Shown piece by piece: positions 38,596-54,011 of a DNA stretch of 64,000 bases. Position numbers and translations under genes: made by a program. Position 1 is the stretch's first letter, and each line of letters begins with the position of its first letter. The notes beneath the pieces were generated by a model that saw only the letters and a list, made by a program, of their open reading frames with translations, had not been told where the DNA came from and did no database searches. The DNA comes from Octopus sinensis. Its lineage: Eukaryota. Location: the NCBI RefSeq assembly GCF_006345805.1, contig NC_043014.1, forward strand, positions 18,352,001 to 18,416,000. The letters run 5' to 3'.

Positions 38596-39260
38596 GGTGC
38601 AGGTGTGGTCGTGTAGTAAGACGCTTCCTTCATAACCACACGGTTCCGGGTTCAGTCCCATTCTGCAGCACCTTGCGTTGGTGTTTTCTACTATAGCCTC
38701 GGGCCGATTAACGCTTTGTAAGTGGACTTCATAGACGGAAATTGAAAGAAGCCCGTCGCATATATATAATATATATATGTATATATATATATATGGGGGG
38801 GTGCGTGTGTGCGTGTGTGGGTGTCTGTTTGTGTTTGTCCCCCACCAATGCTTGAAAACCGGTGTTGTTGTGTTTACGTCCCAGTAACCTAGCGGTTCGG
38901 CAAAAGTTTTTGATAGAATAAGTACCAGGCTTAAAGCAAAGTACTGGGGTCGACTCACACGACCAAGATTTCTTCAAGGCATTGCCCCACCATGGCCGGT
39001 ATCTAATGACTGAAACAAGTAAGAAAAGATAATTACATAGATAACACTTTCTACTAAAGACACAAGGCCTGAAACTGACGTGTGCAGGACTAACCAATTT
39101 TATCAACTCTAGCGTTTCACTGGTGCTCAATGTAGTGACCCCGAAAGGATGAAAGGCAAATTGAACCTCAGCAGAATTTGAACTCAGAGCGTTAAGACAG
39201 CCTGAATACAGCTAAGCGTTATACCCGGCATACTAACGTTTCTCTTAGCTCGCTGCCTTT
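38596..39260 (+). mobile_element. SINE A (38596-39030, +) followed by SINE C (39050-39260, -)
   Basis: Family-diagnostic motifs. Confidence 0.8.
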
Positions 39261-39827
39261 ATAATTACATAACCTTAGTCGGATTCAATAACTTACTGTG
39301 TTACATAAAGGAAACTTTGCCGTATTTATATTTAGGCATTTCGTTTGAAGAAAGCACTTTCGGGGCGTTTTGTCTCATTCTTTGTAAACTTTGCAGCGAT
39401 GTTGTTTCGGGTTCAGTTTCACTGCGCAGTACTTGGTTAACTGACTTCTACAAAAACCACGGGCCGACGAGTGCTTCATGAGTAAATTTGGTTAACGAAA
39501 AATGTGGGAGCTCGTCGGGTATGTGTGTGCGTCTGTATATAGACATGTATCTATATGTATATACATGTGTTTGTGCCTGTGTGTGTGTATGAATATGTGA
39601 CTTTGTCTTTCGGTTTGTCCCTCTCCCTCACCGCTTGAGAACCGGTCTGAGATTGTTTACGTCTGTGTAACTTGGTAGTTCACCAAAAACGCTTGAGAGA
39701 CTTGAAAAAATAACTGCTGGGGTAGATTTGTTGGAGTAAAGACCAAGTCAGTGCCCAGTATGACCACAGACCAATGACTGAAACAGCAATCTCTCTTACT
39801 TTCTCACTCTCCCTACACATACGCACA

Positions 39828-39896
<69 letters not shown>

Positions 39897-42800
39897 TTAT
39901 ATATAAACATTCCTTTGTGCGTGTGTATGTGTGTTTATTATATCACACTTGAATAATCGGTGACAGTTATTTCGTATTTTTTTCCGCAGCATTTCGTGAT
40001 GTGTTGAAAGCACGGATATAAAACTAAAGCTTATAACTTTCAAGTTGAGATCTCCAAGATTATGAATTGTATTTTTTTCCAAACATATTACGTGTTAACA
40101 TCGTATCATTTCATCAGCGTGAACTGATTATATACATACATGTAATCATAGATACACACAAACACACACCCATGTACGTATGTGTGTGTATGTTCCTATA
40201 TACTTACATACAAATATATATACATGTATGTATATACTGTGTATGTGCACGCGTCTGTGTGTGAATGTGTGAAATTGTGCTTCGGTTTGTTTCTCTCCCT
40301 CACCGCACAAGGCACAAATACAATCGTCACTAAAAGTGCTAGCTAGTCAGCACCAACTATGCTAGAAATAAGAGTCAAATTAACTCATAGCCACAAACAG
40401 AGCATTTTCTTTTAAGCGGACCCCTTTCTCTTCACTGATAAGGGAGATAGCCTTCCCAAACAAGCCAGGGGGTCAGATCGGCCGGCCAATTTCGGATAGA
40501 ATTAATTAATCATCGGTGACGCTACTCCATCAACTTGTCAGTTCATAGAATATACCATAGGAATCAATGGCTGATTCATTAAAATGGTAAAGTGAAAATC
40601 ATAAAACTATTAAAGTGGCTAGACGCAATTTGAAACCAATTTTGCAAATATAAGTTTTTACCGTATGTATTGATTACAGAGAATAGTGTGATAGTGGGGA
40701 ATATAAAACCTTGGATGGAAAATACGAATACCCATTTTTACCGTCGTAGGTTTATACGCTACATCATTTGCACAATGTGAAGATTTACGACCACCATTTG
40801 CCTAACGACCTTAGCATTAGATTCAGAATTCATCCAAGACAGGGCCACTTGTCCCCTACATAACTGAAGGACTAAGTCTGCGGGGTGAAGATTGGCTATA
40901 AGAGGAATCCAGGTAAGCAGATATGGAGATAATGATGTAAATAAACAATAAAATCGATTGAGTTAGATATATGGCATATACACACATATATGCATGTAAA
41001 CAGAAAGAAAACACGGACTGAAAATTCTCAGACGATGAATATTCTTGATTAATATATAGATATTTATGAGCAGAATGAGTTAAGTCGAAATATGTTTGTC
41101 ACGTATTATAACTGCTGAAAGGCAAATACACTGCAGTTACCGTGGAGAATAAATAAATCTTCTTTATGGTAAAATGGCGTGAAAACACCCTGTCCGTTCA
41201 GTGTCGCCATCTATTAGGAATTCCAGTCATCGATGCTACGAGTTTATTAATTCTTATCAATGAGATGTATCTAAGAGAGGCAACTCTAAACGAACTTAAT
41301 AAAGCGGTAGCTTTATATATAATTCAGTCAACACGTTGATTAATTTGCGCTCGTAGATCGCCAGAACCGAGGTAAATAACGAAGCGACAGCGCTAATTAG
41401 CATGTGGAGAAGGTATGTTGTTATAGGTCCAACAGCTGCTTCAAGGGATTCGAAATTATTTGATAATGTTGGCAGACGTTGTTCGCAAAACGTCAAGTAT
41501 ATGCAAGTAGAAATGGAAGAATATAAACATTAGGTAGGTTCGGTCTCCACCTTTCAGGGTGGAGAGATAGGTAACTAACACTTCAGATACCTATAAAGTT
41601 CTTACGCGAATTTATTTTAAAAAGCGAGACACGTGAATATTTCACGGAACCAATGGTGTACCTATTGGTTCCTATTGGCTCCTATCTGAAAGCTTTATCT
41701 AAATGTCATGAAAGCGTCGCCTGCATTGTGTTTGCATGGAAAGATGGTCGCTCATCTGCTGCTCATTGATAACTGAAAGAAACTGGAATATGATGATCAG
41801 TTAATGCACTTTATATATATAATCTATATCCTTTATGCACAAGGCAATAGATTTAATACTCAGCACTCATAAAATAAATATTCATTCTTATTTTTACTAT
41901 TTTCCCCATAAACAAAAAAATATCGCCGTACATATGATACAACCTTTAGTTAAATTGCACACATCAGCCACGTAAATAAGCGTGAATATTTCACAGAATT
42001 GCACTTATGTGTTAAGTGATAGGTAATACTAAAAAATTTATTCAGTTAAAAAGTAGACAGTTTTCACTATTTACTCACCACCGTCACCTCCATCACTAGC
42101 ACCACAACCACCACCACGTCCACGTCTACTACCTACAACACTTATTCCAACGTCGCCATCTCTCACTCTTCATCTCTCTCTGTCTCCTCTCTCTGCCTTC
42201 TCTCACTGCCTCCTTTCTCTCTCTACCTCCATTCTCTCTCTGCCTTTAACCTCACCATCTGAACATCACCCCTATGCTAAACTACTTTCAAGCAACTTTT
42301 TTAACCACGCAATAAATATTACATTCTCTCTACCACGTCATACACGCTCCACTCTCCTATTTTCTTTCTCTTCGTCTTTTATTCTCTTTTTCTTTTTCCC
42401 TCGTCTTCTCTAACCACGAGAAAGTGTTACAGACGGGCTAAGTAACGCAGTGGCAAGCATAATTATTATAAGATTCTCTAAATTTTATAATAAAGCTTGA
42501 TGTAATATTTAGGTGCCAGAATATTTCAGAAATTTTACTGTGCTGTGTATTCTATAATTATCCCGCTCACACTAAAGTTCGTTTACATATTTCATATTTC
42601 TTTGTATTATTTATTTAATTTATTTACATATACATTTAACGTTAAGTTTTCTTTGACTGAAGACAAATACACTTACAAATACCAACCGAAGATTAATATC
42701 AAGGGAGATAAGTGTCCATAATACACTGAAGGAATTGCATTTCTTTGACTCAACTTCCGGATCGAACCAAATTTAACGATGTTTTAGTTGTTTTTTAAAA

Positions 42801-43130
42801 TTACGCCGATATGTTACTTCATCAGAATTGCAGCAATGTTTTTCTCGCTATAACACACCGATTACTGTTCTGTAGGTTAGATTGCACTTACAACAGGACA
42901 ATTATACTCCATGTTATAAACGAAATGAACAATTAAATATAATCTTTCCTACTCTAGGCACAAGACCCGAAATGTTTTTTGGGTGGGAGCTAGTCTATTA
43001 GATCGACCGCAGTACACAACTGGTACTTAATTTATCGATCCCGAAAGGATAAAATGCAAAGTCGACCACGGTGAAACAGTTAAATATAATGAATTGAGAA
43101 TTAAGCTCTATAAGCATAAACATACATACG

Positions 43131-43164
<34 letters not shown>

Positions 43165-44574
43165 ACATAATGATCATAATGAGCAAGAAAATGGAACGAA
43201 TGTGAAATAATTTCTCCAAAAAGAAACACCCACATCTCCACATACGCGTATACACACACATACATATGCGTGTGTGTGTGTGTGTTTGCTAGAAAATTAC
43301 AGGAAACGTATTTTCTAGTAGTCAATCAAAAGTGATTTTTAATTGAATTTAACGAACCATGGAAGGATGACTTTAGCAAGTTTTGAACTCAGAACGTGAA
43401 GGTCGGGCAACTGTATTCAGTCTGTCAATCTATCGTTTCTAATAGCCCACTAGTAGCAATGATAATAAAAATAAACACAATGTTTTCGACAAAAGTATTG
43501 GCGGATAAATTTATTCTGAACATAAATTCAAGAATTGAAATTTTTGTGCAAAATGTTTGGTGGATATGATCATCACTGGTACTTGACCAGTGTTTTCTTT
43601 TGCCAACTCGGAAGGATAAGGGGCCAATAGACTACATCGGGATTTGAACCCGGAACATAAATAAAGAGCAAATGGCTAATGATTTCTAATATAATAATGA
43701 TAAGGTTTTTGAAAGAATATAGTCACACTTTTTGAGGAAGAGTAGAGCTAAGGATTTTATTTTTTAAATTTTACCGAACTGAATCTTATTAAATTTTAAA
43801 GTCAGTTCCAGCGGGAGTTCAAAGTTTAACTATATACAGCAAAATATATGATCTGGCAACGCTTTGTCGTTTTTGCTGGCATACAACATTAAGAATTACC
43901 GAGATATTTGATATCAGAGTTGCATCCAGTTTTAATTTCACATCAGTTGTTTTTTTTTACTTTTCTTTTTCTTATGTAGATGATTTTTATTATGTAATAA
44001 GAATTCTCACTCACGTATTCTCTTATCTTGCTAAGCAAAAATTCTTTGATCTGCTGCCTACGCATTTCCATTACGATGTTGTGCATGCGTTATTATGCTT
44101 ACTGCTGTTCATTTTCTTCTGTAATAACGTTAAGTATATTTATCTTAAATGAATTGACTATGATAATGAAATGAAGGTAAAGTATAAAATATTACGTTTA
44201 CTTTTAATCATAGATATTTACTGGCAACGAATAAAATGTCTTTAGTTCAATGCTAGCGCTAAGAGCACACTTACCTAAAATTTGTTCGCTTGCAGACAAG
44301 TGCACGTGCATCTCTACTGACAAGGCAAATGAGTAACTGGTGATATGTATTTCATTTCATGATTCTTTTATTAAAACGTTTTTCAAGAAAATATTGTCAA
44401 ACATATTCCCTTGATGGCCCGATTTTCTTTGGGCAGTTCCAAATTATTTATATTTGTAGATCTGAGTGTCACCTAAACTTAATCGGAAGAAAGCCAGAAG
44501 AAAGCAGGTATATTTCATAAAGAACGACTGACTGACTGTTATTGAATCATTGTAAATGCCAGAATAGAGGTCTT

Positions 44575-44850
44575 TTATCTTTTATTTGTTTCAGTCATTA
44601 GACTATAGCCATGCTAGGGCATCACCTTCGAGGGTTTGGGCAAACAAATCAACCCCAGTACGAATTATTTTTAAGGTTGGTACTTATTCCATCAGTCTTA
44701 TTTGCCGAACCGCTAGAATACAGGAACGTAAACGAACCGACAATAGTTGTCAATCGATGGTGGCATGCATATAGTTACACATACACACATGCACGCACAC
44801 ATGCATGCACATACATCCTCACACACACGCTTGAAAGACAGCCTCTCTCT

Positions 44851-44886
<36 letters not shown>

Positions 44887-44997
44887 TGCACACACACATG
44901 CACACACACACAATACGTATCACGGTTTCTCTCAGTTTCACGAGGCTTTTGGTCGGTCCGGAGCTATAGTAGAAGATACTTGCCCAAGGTGCCATGC
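44575..44997 (-). mobile_element. Decayed SINE A
   Basis: TTGTTTCAGTCATT..GCCGAACCGCTA..CTTGCCCAAGGTGCCA. Confidence 0.75.
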
Positions 44998-46102
44998 CGG
45001 CGCCAATTTGAGGGAACTTTTATAGCAACTCACGGAGATAATTCTAACGATATTGGAAATATCTGTGACGTGCAATATTTACGAAACATGCGTTTCAAGA
45101 TTGACATGAAAGGCAAAGTGATCAGTGTTGCAGATTAAAGTACTTTGTGCCACCCAGGTATATCATTTTACATTCTTAGTCCAAGTTCTTCTTAAACTGA
45201 TGTTGGCTTTTGAGGTCGATAAAATAAATAACATATTCAAATATGCCCATTATAGTACTTCAAGTATTTGTTGGTGAATTAGAAATCCACATTATAGCCA
45301 CTTGAATTGTGAGTGAAATAATAAAAACGTTTGCATAACAAATATAACTTCCTCAATATTTAGATGTGTTTCCCTTTCCGAATTTAACTGTGACATTTAA
45401 ACTTCTGAGTTAATTAAATAAGTATCAGTTGCTGTTTATGTTTAGCTTTCGCCGAGCAAATCTATGATTAAAGACATTCTAGAAATTCTAGTTACTGTAT
45501 ATATCTCATATTTCCTGATATTATCCATTCTGGCAAAAGTGTATTAATATTATTGTAGCAGCTGTGGAATATTTTACTATTAATTCTTAAGTTAGTGAAT
45601 ACGTTAGTTCTTAATACGGAAGAAAGAAAATACACTATACTAACGAACAGCTTACTTGAAAAGCAGGTGAGGAAAATATTCTTTTCTACTCTAGGAATAA
45701 GGGCCGAAATTTTTTCTTGTGGGGTGAGGTGGGGGGTTACAGTCAATTAGATCGACCCCAGTGTGAAACTGGTACTTAATTTATCCACCCCGAAAGGATG
45801 TAAGGCAAAGTCGACCTCTGCGGAATTTGAACTCAGAACGTTAAATTCGAGGAAAATATTAATCTAATATTAATTCTTATCTTTCTGTGTTTGTGTATTA
45901 GATTTCCTACCATCAAGTCTAAGGCTCGTATGTGCACTCATCCCACTCCTTTTTATGTTAAGCCCCATGTATTTCTGTTTTTTTTTGTTTACTCTCTCTC
46001 TTTCTTCCTCTCCTTCTCTCTCTTACGATGTAAAGTACAACTGCGGAAATCTACCAGTGAACCAGCCAAAATTTATATCGGCTATTATTACATAGCTATA
46101 GG

Positions 46103-46397
46103 AACATGGCCCAGTGGTTAGAGCAGCGGATTCGCGGTCGAGGAATCGCGGGTTTGAATCTCAGACCGGGCGATGTGTGTGTTTATGAGCGAATCACTTA
46201 TGCTCCACGCGGCTCCGGCAGAAGGTAATGGCGAACTTCTGCTGACTCTTTCGCCACAACTTTCTCTCACTCTTTCCTCCTGCATCTTGCGGCTCACCTG
46301 CGACGGATCGGCGTCCCGTCCAGGTGGGGAATCAATACGCCAAGGAAACCGGGAAACCGGCCCTTGTGAGCCAGGCATGGCTCAAGAAGGAAAAACA
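46103..46397 (+). mobile_element. SINE family B
   Basis: TGGCCCAGTGGTTAGAGCAGCGG..GGTTTGAATCTCAGACCGGGCG head; tail GGCGTCCCGTCCAGGTGGGG..GGAAACCGGGAAACCGGCCC. Confidence 0.85.
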
Positions 46398-47759
46398 TTA
46401 TTACATAGAATTGTGAGTCGGCGAGCAGGCACAATCGTTAGCACGCCACACAAATTATTTAGCAGCTTTGCTTTCCACGTTTCATCCTTCTTTGTGTTGT
46501 GAGTTCAAATATCGCCGAGGTGGACTTTATCTTATGCCAGTCATCCTTTCGGGTAGATGAAAATAAGTACCTGTTGAGCACTGGAGTCGATGTAATCGAC
46601 AAACCCCGACTCCCACCCCGAAAAAAATTCAGGTCTTTGCTATAGTTGAGAGGATCATAGTGTGGTTGTTTAAGTGAGTTGTTTTCGTTGTGTGCATGTG
46701 TGTATGTATGTATGTGTGTGTGTGTGTGTATGTATGTGTGCGTGTTGTGTATGTGTGTTTGCCCGTGTAATTGACTTTAAAATAGTATTTAGATCCTTGT
46801 AATCGATTAGAAACTTAACAGTGGTGTCTCAGTAAGGCCACTGTTCAATGGCTGAAACAAATATAAAATTTGAATTATCATGATCAGAGGAAAAAATGTC
46901 CTTGATATTTCTAAAATTGAATTGCTTCTTCTAAAACAACCCGAAGACAGAATAAGTAGAGAAGCGAAAAAAAATGTGCTTGAAATAACTGTACAGTTAA
47001 GCAAATATAACAGCATGCAAAGGATAAATACCTTATGTTGTTGTTAAACGCAGGGTCTGCTGTGGCGTATCACAGCTCTGAGCTATGAGCAAGCACGCTC
47101 CAGCTTATGACTGAAACGTATTTTTGCATATACGAGACTAAATTACGTAAAGCACAATTGTATCAATCATTTTTTGAATAAGTTACGATATGAAATGAGA
47201 GGATTTAGGCTGCTGTCTCTGCCAGTTTCGAGCGACACTTCGGGGCTGCATGGCAATTTATAAGAACTGAATAAAGGACGATCTTATAGACATACATAGT
47301 AATATGCAATGCTTATGTATACACACATACATGCATACATGCTTGCAAACATACATCCACGCATCCATACATGCGTACATTCATACATGCATCAACGCAT
47401 ACATATAACTGTGTGTGTGTGTGTGTATGTATAAATATCTTTTGGCAGAAAAGTATCGAATACAAGACTATGTGCTGCGAAAGGGTTTCTTACTTAATAA
47501 AATTAACACTTGCAATCTTTTTGTTTGATATCTTCTAGTTCCACTGATTTGGCTGTGTATGTGTTCAATTGTATGCTACACCTTTCAATGCTTGAGGGAA
47601 ACGTGGCTAACAAAATAATTACATAAATCTGAAGCCTTGTGAAAATATCACCATTTTCTCCAAGCCAACACGTAACATTTACTTTTCGAAGTCGGTGTCC
47701 TTGAGATACGAATTGTGAAATTTAAAGTCAAATAAACAGACGCAAAGTTTAACATGGAG

Positions 47760-49025
47760 CGAGTTGGATAGAAGAGGCTGATTACATAAACCCCAGTATT
47801 TAACTGGTATTCATTTTTATCGATTCCTGAAAGACTGAATTAGTTGGACGAAGCCGACATCATTGTATTTAGAGTGTGAAGAGACTCGTTAAGTATTCAA
47901 ATGTTTGAAAATCGAATCTCCAGGAATTGTTCCAGCTCACGCGTACAATAAAAAATAATTCTACAACAGGCCCAAGGCTTGAAATTTGGAAGAAAGCTAA
48001 TCAGTTACACCTCAGTACCCCAGTACGTCAAATGGTTCTTAATGCTGTTTCAAATTTTGGCACAAGGCCAGCAAATTGCGGATAGGGGTAATACGCTTAC
48101 ATTGATCCCAGTGTTCAACTGGTACTTATTTTACTGGTACGTATTTTACTAGTAGTTATCTTACAGCGCCGACAGAATTTGAACGCAGAATATAAAAGTC
48201 CGGAAGAAATGCCATTCAGTATTTTTCCGGCTTAGTAACGATTCTTCCACCTCGCCGCCTTTTATAAAATGGTTTCAGATTTGGAACAAAGTCAGCAATG
48301 TTAAGTGGGGGATTAAGTTGATCACAATGCCCCAGTGCTCAACTGGTACTTATTTTCTCGACCCTGAAAGCATGCAATGCGAAGCTGACCTCGCGGGTAT
48401 TTGAGCGTAAAGAGCCGGACGAAATACTGCCGCACCAAAAATTCAACTAGCTCGCCGCTTTTATCATTAAAAACAATAATGGCAATAATAAGAATACTAA
48501 TCCCCTTATTAGTCACGGGGGATTAAACATATTGTAGTAGAACTAGAGCGGGAAACAAAAGACAGTTGGACTTAGTGTCGAACAAAAAAAAATGTAAAGG
48601 TTTAACAAAATAAGATTTTAAAAAAGGTGTCCAGTGGAGAGAGGTACTCTTCCAGGAGCAATTGACGGCATTTACAGATCCAGTATTACGGTAAGAGCCC
48701 TTTCTTAGAGCTGTAACTGTTCGTTAGCGTTTCAACTTAGAGGGTAAAATTAAGTTTAAAGAGATTAATTTTTATATAAGGCGCTACAGGGACAGCATGC
48801 ACCTTGCTACAGTATAATAATCCTTTCTTATTTTGGCCCAAGGGCAGCAATTTCGAGGGTCTAGGAAGTCGATTTCATCGACCGCAGGGCTCAACTGGTA
48901 TTTCTTTTACTGACACCGAAAGCATGAAAGGCAAAGTCGACTTCAGCGGAATTTGAACTCAGAATCTAAATATGGAGGAAAATGTTGCTAAGCATTTTGC
49001 CGGCGTGCTAACAAATCGGCCAGCT
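47760..49025 (-). mobile_element. Cluster of decayed family C SINE fragments
   Basis: Repeated CAACTGGTACTTATTTT..CCGAAAG..GGAATTTGAACTCAGAA. Confidence 0.7.
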
Positions 49026-49055
49026 CATTTTTATCATCCTCCAATATAATGAAAG

Positions 49056-49619
<564 letters not shown>

Positions 49620-49630
49620 ATATAAGAGAA

Positions 49631-49731
<101 letters not shown>

Positions 49732-49865
49732 AGCAATGCTTATATATATATACGTTTATTACTTTCATTATATTGGAGGATGATAATAACGAGCTGGCCG
49801 ATTTGTTAGCACGCCGGGCAAAATGCTTAGCAACATTTTCCTCCATATTTAGATATATATATTAT

Positions 49866-50283
49866 TTTACTCTTTTACTCTTTTACTTGTTTCAGTCATT
49901 TCGCTGTGGCCATGCTGGAGCACGGCTTTTTGTTGATCAAATCGACCCCAGGACTTATTCTTTGTAAGCCTAGCACTTATTCTATCGGTGTCTTTTGCCG
50001 AACAGCTAAGTTACGGAGACGTAAACACTCAATCATCGGTTGTCAAGTGATGTTGGGTGGACAAACACAGACACACAAGCACACACACACACACACACAC
50101 ACATATATACATATACCTATATACGACGGCTTCCTTCGGTTTCTGTCTATCAAATCCACTCACAAGGCCTTGGTCAGCCCGAGGCTATAGTAGAAAACAC
50201 TTGCCCAAGGTACCACGCAGTGGGACTGAACCCGGAACCATGTGGTTGGTAAGCAAGCTACTTACCACATAGCCATTCCTGCG

Positions 50284-50285
<2 letters not shown>
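49866..50285 (-). mobile_element. SINE family A (full length, inverted relative to 49227-49619)
   Basis: Complete reverse-complement copy. Confidence 0.9.
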
Positions 50286-50323
<38 letters not shown>

Positions 50324-50399
50324 TACACACAAATACACACACATATATATATATATAGATATATAAGTGTGTATGCATGTGTAGGTGTGTATGTGTACA

Positions 50400-50869
50400 C
50401 TATGACGATAATAAAACTAACATAGGACGGTAATTATGATAATAATAACAGCGGGAATAATAGTAATGGTGGTAATAATATTAGATATGATGATGAGGCC
50501 GAATACAACGCTATCGCCGATAATGATTATGATGGTGATGAAGATGGTAATGATGTTGATGATGAAGGGCGTGCAAATAATAACGATGATGATACTGATA
50601 ATGATGATGATGACGACGACGACGACGACGATGATGATGATGATGATAATGAAGAATAGCGTGCATATAATTACAGGCAGAATATTTATGTTGTTGTTGT
50701 TGCTGCTGTTGCCGCTGTTGCTGCTGCTAATCATAATGGTGAAACGCATGCAAATAATTACGGCGATAATGGTGATGTTGATGAAGATGATGATGACCTC
50801 GATTATGATGATGGTCATGGAGAGCGTGCTGATATTTATTATTTATGGTCATACTATTGTTGTTGAGGG

Positions 50870-50912
<43 letters not shown>

Positions 50913-51191
50913 CATGATCATGATCATGATCAACAACATCATGGGGGGGGGGCTTAATTTAGATGAGAAAAAAAAGAAGAAAAACAACAAATTACAACGG
51001 CGCTAAACTGGAGGCAGTCTTCTGTAATGTCTTTGACCTATAGTTTCAGCTGACGAAGTTGTCTGAAATACCCAAGAACGAGGCTGGCTTGATCTCACCT
51101 TTCACCTTAAGCACAACAGCACACTGTTAAGATGGACATTTCAAAATGTCGAACAAAAACAGCAACAATACAATAACAAGGACAACGTTAT

Positions 51192-51255
<64 letters not shown>

Positions 51256-51612
51256 TACTGCTACTACTACTCCTACTGTTCTTGGAGCAGCTGCAACAAC
51301 AGCATAAGTAACACAGGAACCATGGTGGTGATGATAATGATGATGATTATCATGATCATCTTCATGATTATCATGATTATTATCATAACCATGATCACCA
51401 CAACCACTATTCTTCATCATCATCAACATCATCATCACCAACATCATCTTTTACATTTATGCAAGACTCTTGATGTGAAATCGTCTGTTGAAACACAGTG
51501 CCATATATCAGGATGGTCATATTTTATCAATTAAACACTAATGCACTATACTTTTGATCTGTACTTCGCTTTATTATTATTATTATCATTATTATTATTA
51601 TCATCATCATCA

Positions 51613-51664
<52 letters not shown>

Positions 51665-51690
51665 CATTATTATTATTATCATCATCATCA

Positions 51691-51766
<76 letters not shown>

Positions 51767-51770
51767 CATT
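50400..51770. repeat. Trinucleotide microsatellite field (GAT/ACT/ATT/CAT)
   Basis: Direct inspection. Confidence 0.9.
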
Positions 51771-52112
51771 ATTTGTTCGTTTGTCAACGTTGTCTCGTCA
51801 CACAACTTGTGACTTCTTCAGCAACACTTTATGCCACGTGTCTCTCGTTCTACTCATACATGCAGAATCAACAGATGCAATCGAGACAATCTCAAGAAAT
51901 AAAACACTTCATAGCGCTGAAATGATTGCACTTGCCCTTCGATATCTTTAACGAGGACCAAGTCACCAGGGTAAAGAGTGACTATGACGTTGAAGTCAAG
52001 TGAGCAGATATAGAGACAATAATTGAAGTACACAAATATAAACCTTGGGTTTAAATGTGCAAAATATTTGTATATATATATACATGTATAAATTATATAT
52101 GTATATGTATAA

Positions 52113-52158
<46 letters not shown>

Positions 52159-52189
52159 ATATTATATATATATATATATATCAATAGAG

Positions 52190-53570
52190 AAAACTTGCAT
52201 AAATTACATAGACTCAAAGAGTTGGAGAGGAGAAAGTATGGTGTTACAAATCCGACAGCTGTTTCTGAGGGCTCTAAATTATTTCATAATGTTGGCGGAT
52301 GTTCATCAAAAATTGGCAACCAGTAGTGGAAGTAATTAAACATTGGTAAAATCCAGAGCCACCTCCATCAGGGTGGATAGGTAATAGTCAAACGTATCAG
52401 ATCATTATGTAGAGAAATTTAGAAGGTAGAACAGGTATATATTAGAAGGCAGGGTAATTGTGGTGTGAGGAGGAAGTAGGTGGTTTGATGGGAGCATGTG
52501 CAGTGCTGGAGCAAGGAAAGGGACAAGAGTTCAGAGAGTCAGATCAATGTGATAGAAAGGTGAATGAACAGAGTATTGAGAGATTTTGTATTAGTAGTAG
52601 AAATGGAGAATTGGGAGATATATGGGAGGGGTAGTATGTGGTTGTACAGGAAGGCTAGTCAATGCTGTAAGCTTTATGAATAGATCTCTAAAATTTAGGA
52701 CAGTAGTCAAAATAAGTAAAGGAAGTTGAGATAATGAGACAAAATATAGGGAGCAAATATTAAGTGGGGGCAAGGTCAATCATATTCTAGTTGGGTGACA
52801 AAGGAGGATATTTCAGGAATGAAGGTGGGTCGATGGTACAGAGTGAGCACTTATGTATGTAGAAGCGTATGAAAGTAAATATGAGAGAAGTGAATAGAGA
52901 TGTAGCGATAGTGGTAGTAATTAGTGTTAAGTTGTTTTGGTTGAAGAAGCAAGGAGGAGATTGGGAGATGTGCTGGGATGGAGGAAATTAGTAGAGATAA
53001 TGCCAAGGAAGAATAATTATTAGAAAGGTTTATGGTACTAGTGTGATCAAGTTGTAACTTGAGGTTAATTGTAATTAAGGATAATTCGTAATTAGAGAAT
53101 CACATAGATTTCGCAAAATGGGCAAATGATGGGTAGTACTTACGTTTACATAAAAGGATTACATCTGTGAATCTATTATGTAATGAGGAGTTATGTTTGC
53201 GAAAGGTGGTGAGCGATTCCCTTAAACAAAGTTTAGAAAAGGCCAAGTTACTGTTGTAAGGGGGAACCTCACTGACAACGGACCAGGACAGTGTATACGG
53301 AATGTTTTGGGATTTGAAGTGGTGTATACAAGTTTCTAAAGAGGAAGATAATTTAGAAGTTGGGTTGAAGAAGGAGCTCATAGGTGCTCGGTAGCGTCGC
53401 TTGAAATCAACAGCGCTGCCAATGTAGATCCTTGTTTGGTGGGAACATGGTGTTATTACTTGGTACTTGTAGACATTTTTCTGTAGAAAGATGCTTCCAA
53501 GGGGGTAAAGTTGAGATACCCGACAGATGCAGGTTTTCCTCCCTGCAGTGAGATTGGAATTGATCACCAT
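52190..53570 (-). mobile_element. Decayed Penelope-like element: GIY-YIG domain plus 3' terminal repeat
   Basis: CICR..YPLGSIFLQKNVYKY..IYIGSAVDFKRRY..SSF..LSWSVV..PY..KLCLRES..LHN; hammerhead-like motif at 52249-52378. Confidence 0.85.
52249..52378 (-). ncRNA. Hammerhead-like motif with very long stem II loop
   Basis: Minus: CUGAUGG..GAGGUGGCUCU..~80 nt..AGAGCCCUC-A-GAAAC-AGCU-GUC-GGAU; A9 is changed to G. Confidence 0.5.
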
Positions 53571-53581
53571 ATATATATATA

Positions 53582-53828
53582 CTGTTGTGTCTGGGGAGAG
53601 TCATTCTCTTTTAGTACCTTATTATTTAACACACTCACCTTTAAAATTTCCACTGATTCCGTCTTTTTATTTTCCTAAACTTTTCGTTGCGTCTTGCAAC
53701 CTTTTCAATAGGTTGCAAGACGCAACGAAAATTTTAAGAAAATAAAAAGACGAAATAAGTGGAAATTTTAACGGTGAGTGTGTTAAATAATAAGGTACTA
53801 AAAGAGAATGAATCTCCCAGACCAACAG
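53582..53828. mobile_element. Foldback/MITE element with ~120-bp arms
   Basis: CTGTTG.GTCTGGG..TTTTCGTTGCGTCTTGCAACCT / AGGTTGCAAGACGCAACGAAAA..CCCAGACCAACAG. Confidence 0.85.
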
Positions 53829-53978
53829 AATATGCTTCAACACATAAACTCATATAAAGAATCTTGTAAACCAAATCGAAAAACGAAATATATATATATA
53901 TATACATATATACACATATATATGTATACATATACACACACACACAGATATATATATATATATAATATATATATGTAT

Positions 53979-54011
<33 letters not shown>

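Noticed and set aside
50417-50990. Met/Ile-rich 130-170 aa ORFs
   Set aside because: Degenerate GAT/AAT repeats
51045-51080. CUGACGA-AGUUGUCU-GAAAU hammerhead-like core
   Set aside because: No NUH site or stem I pairing
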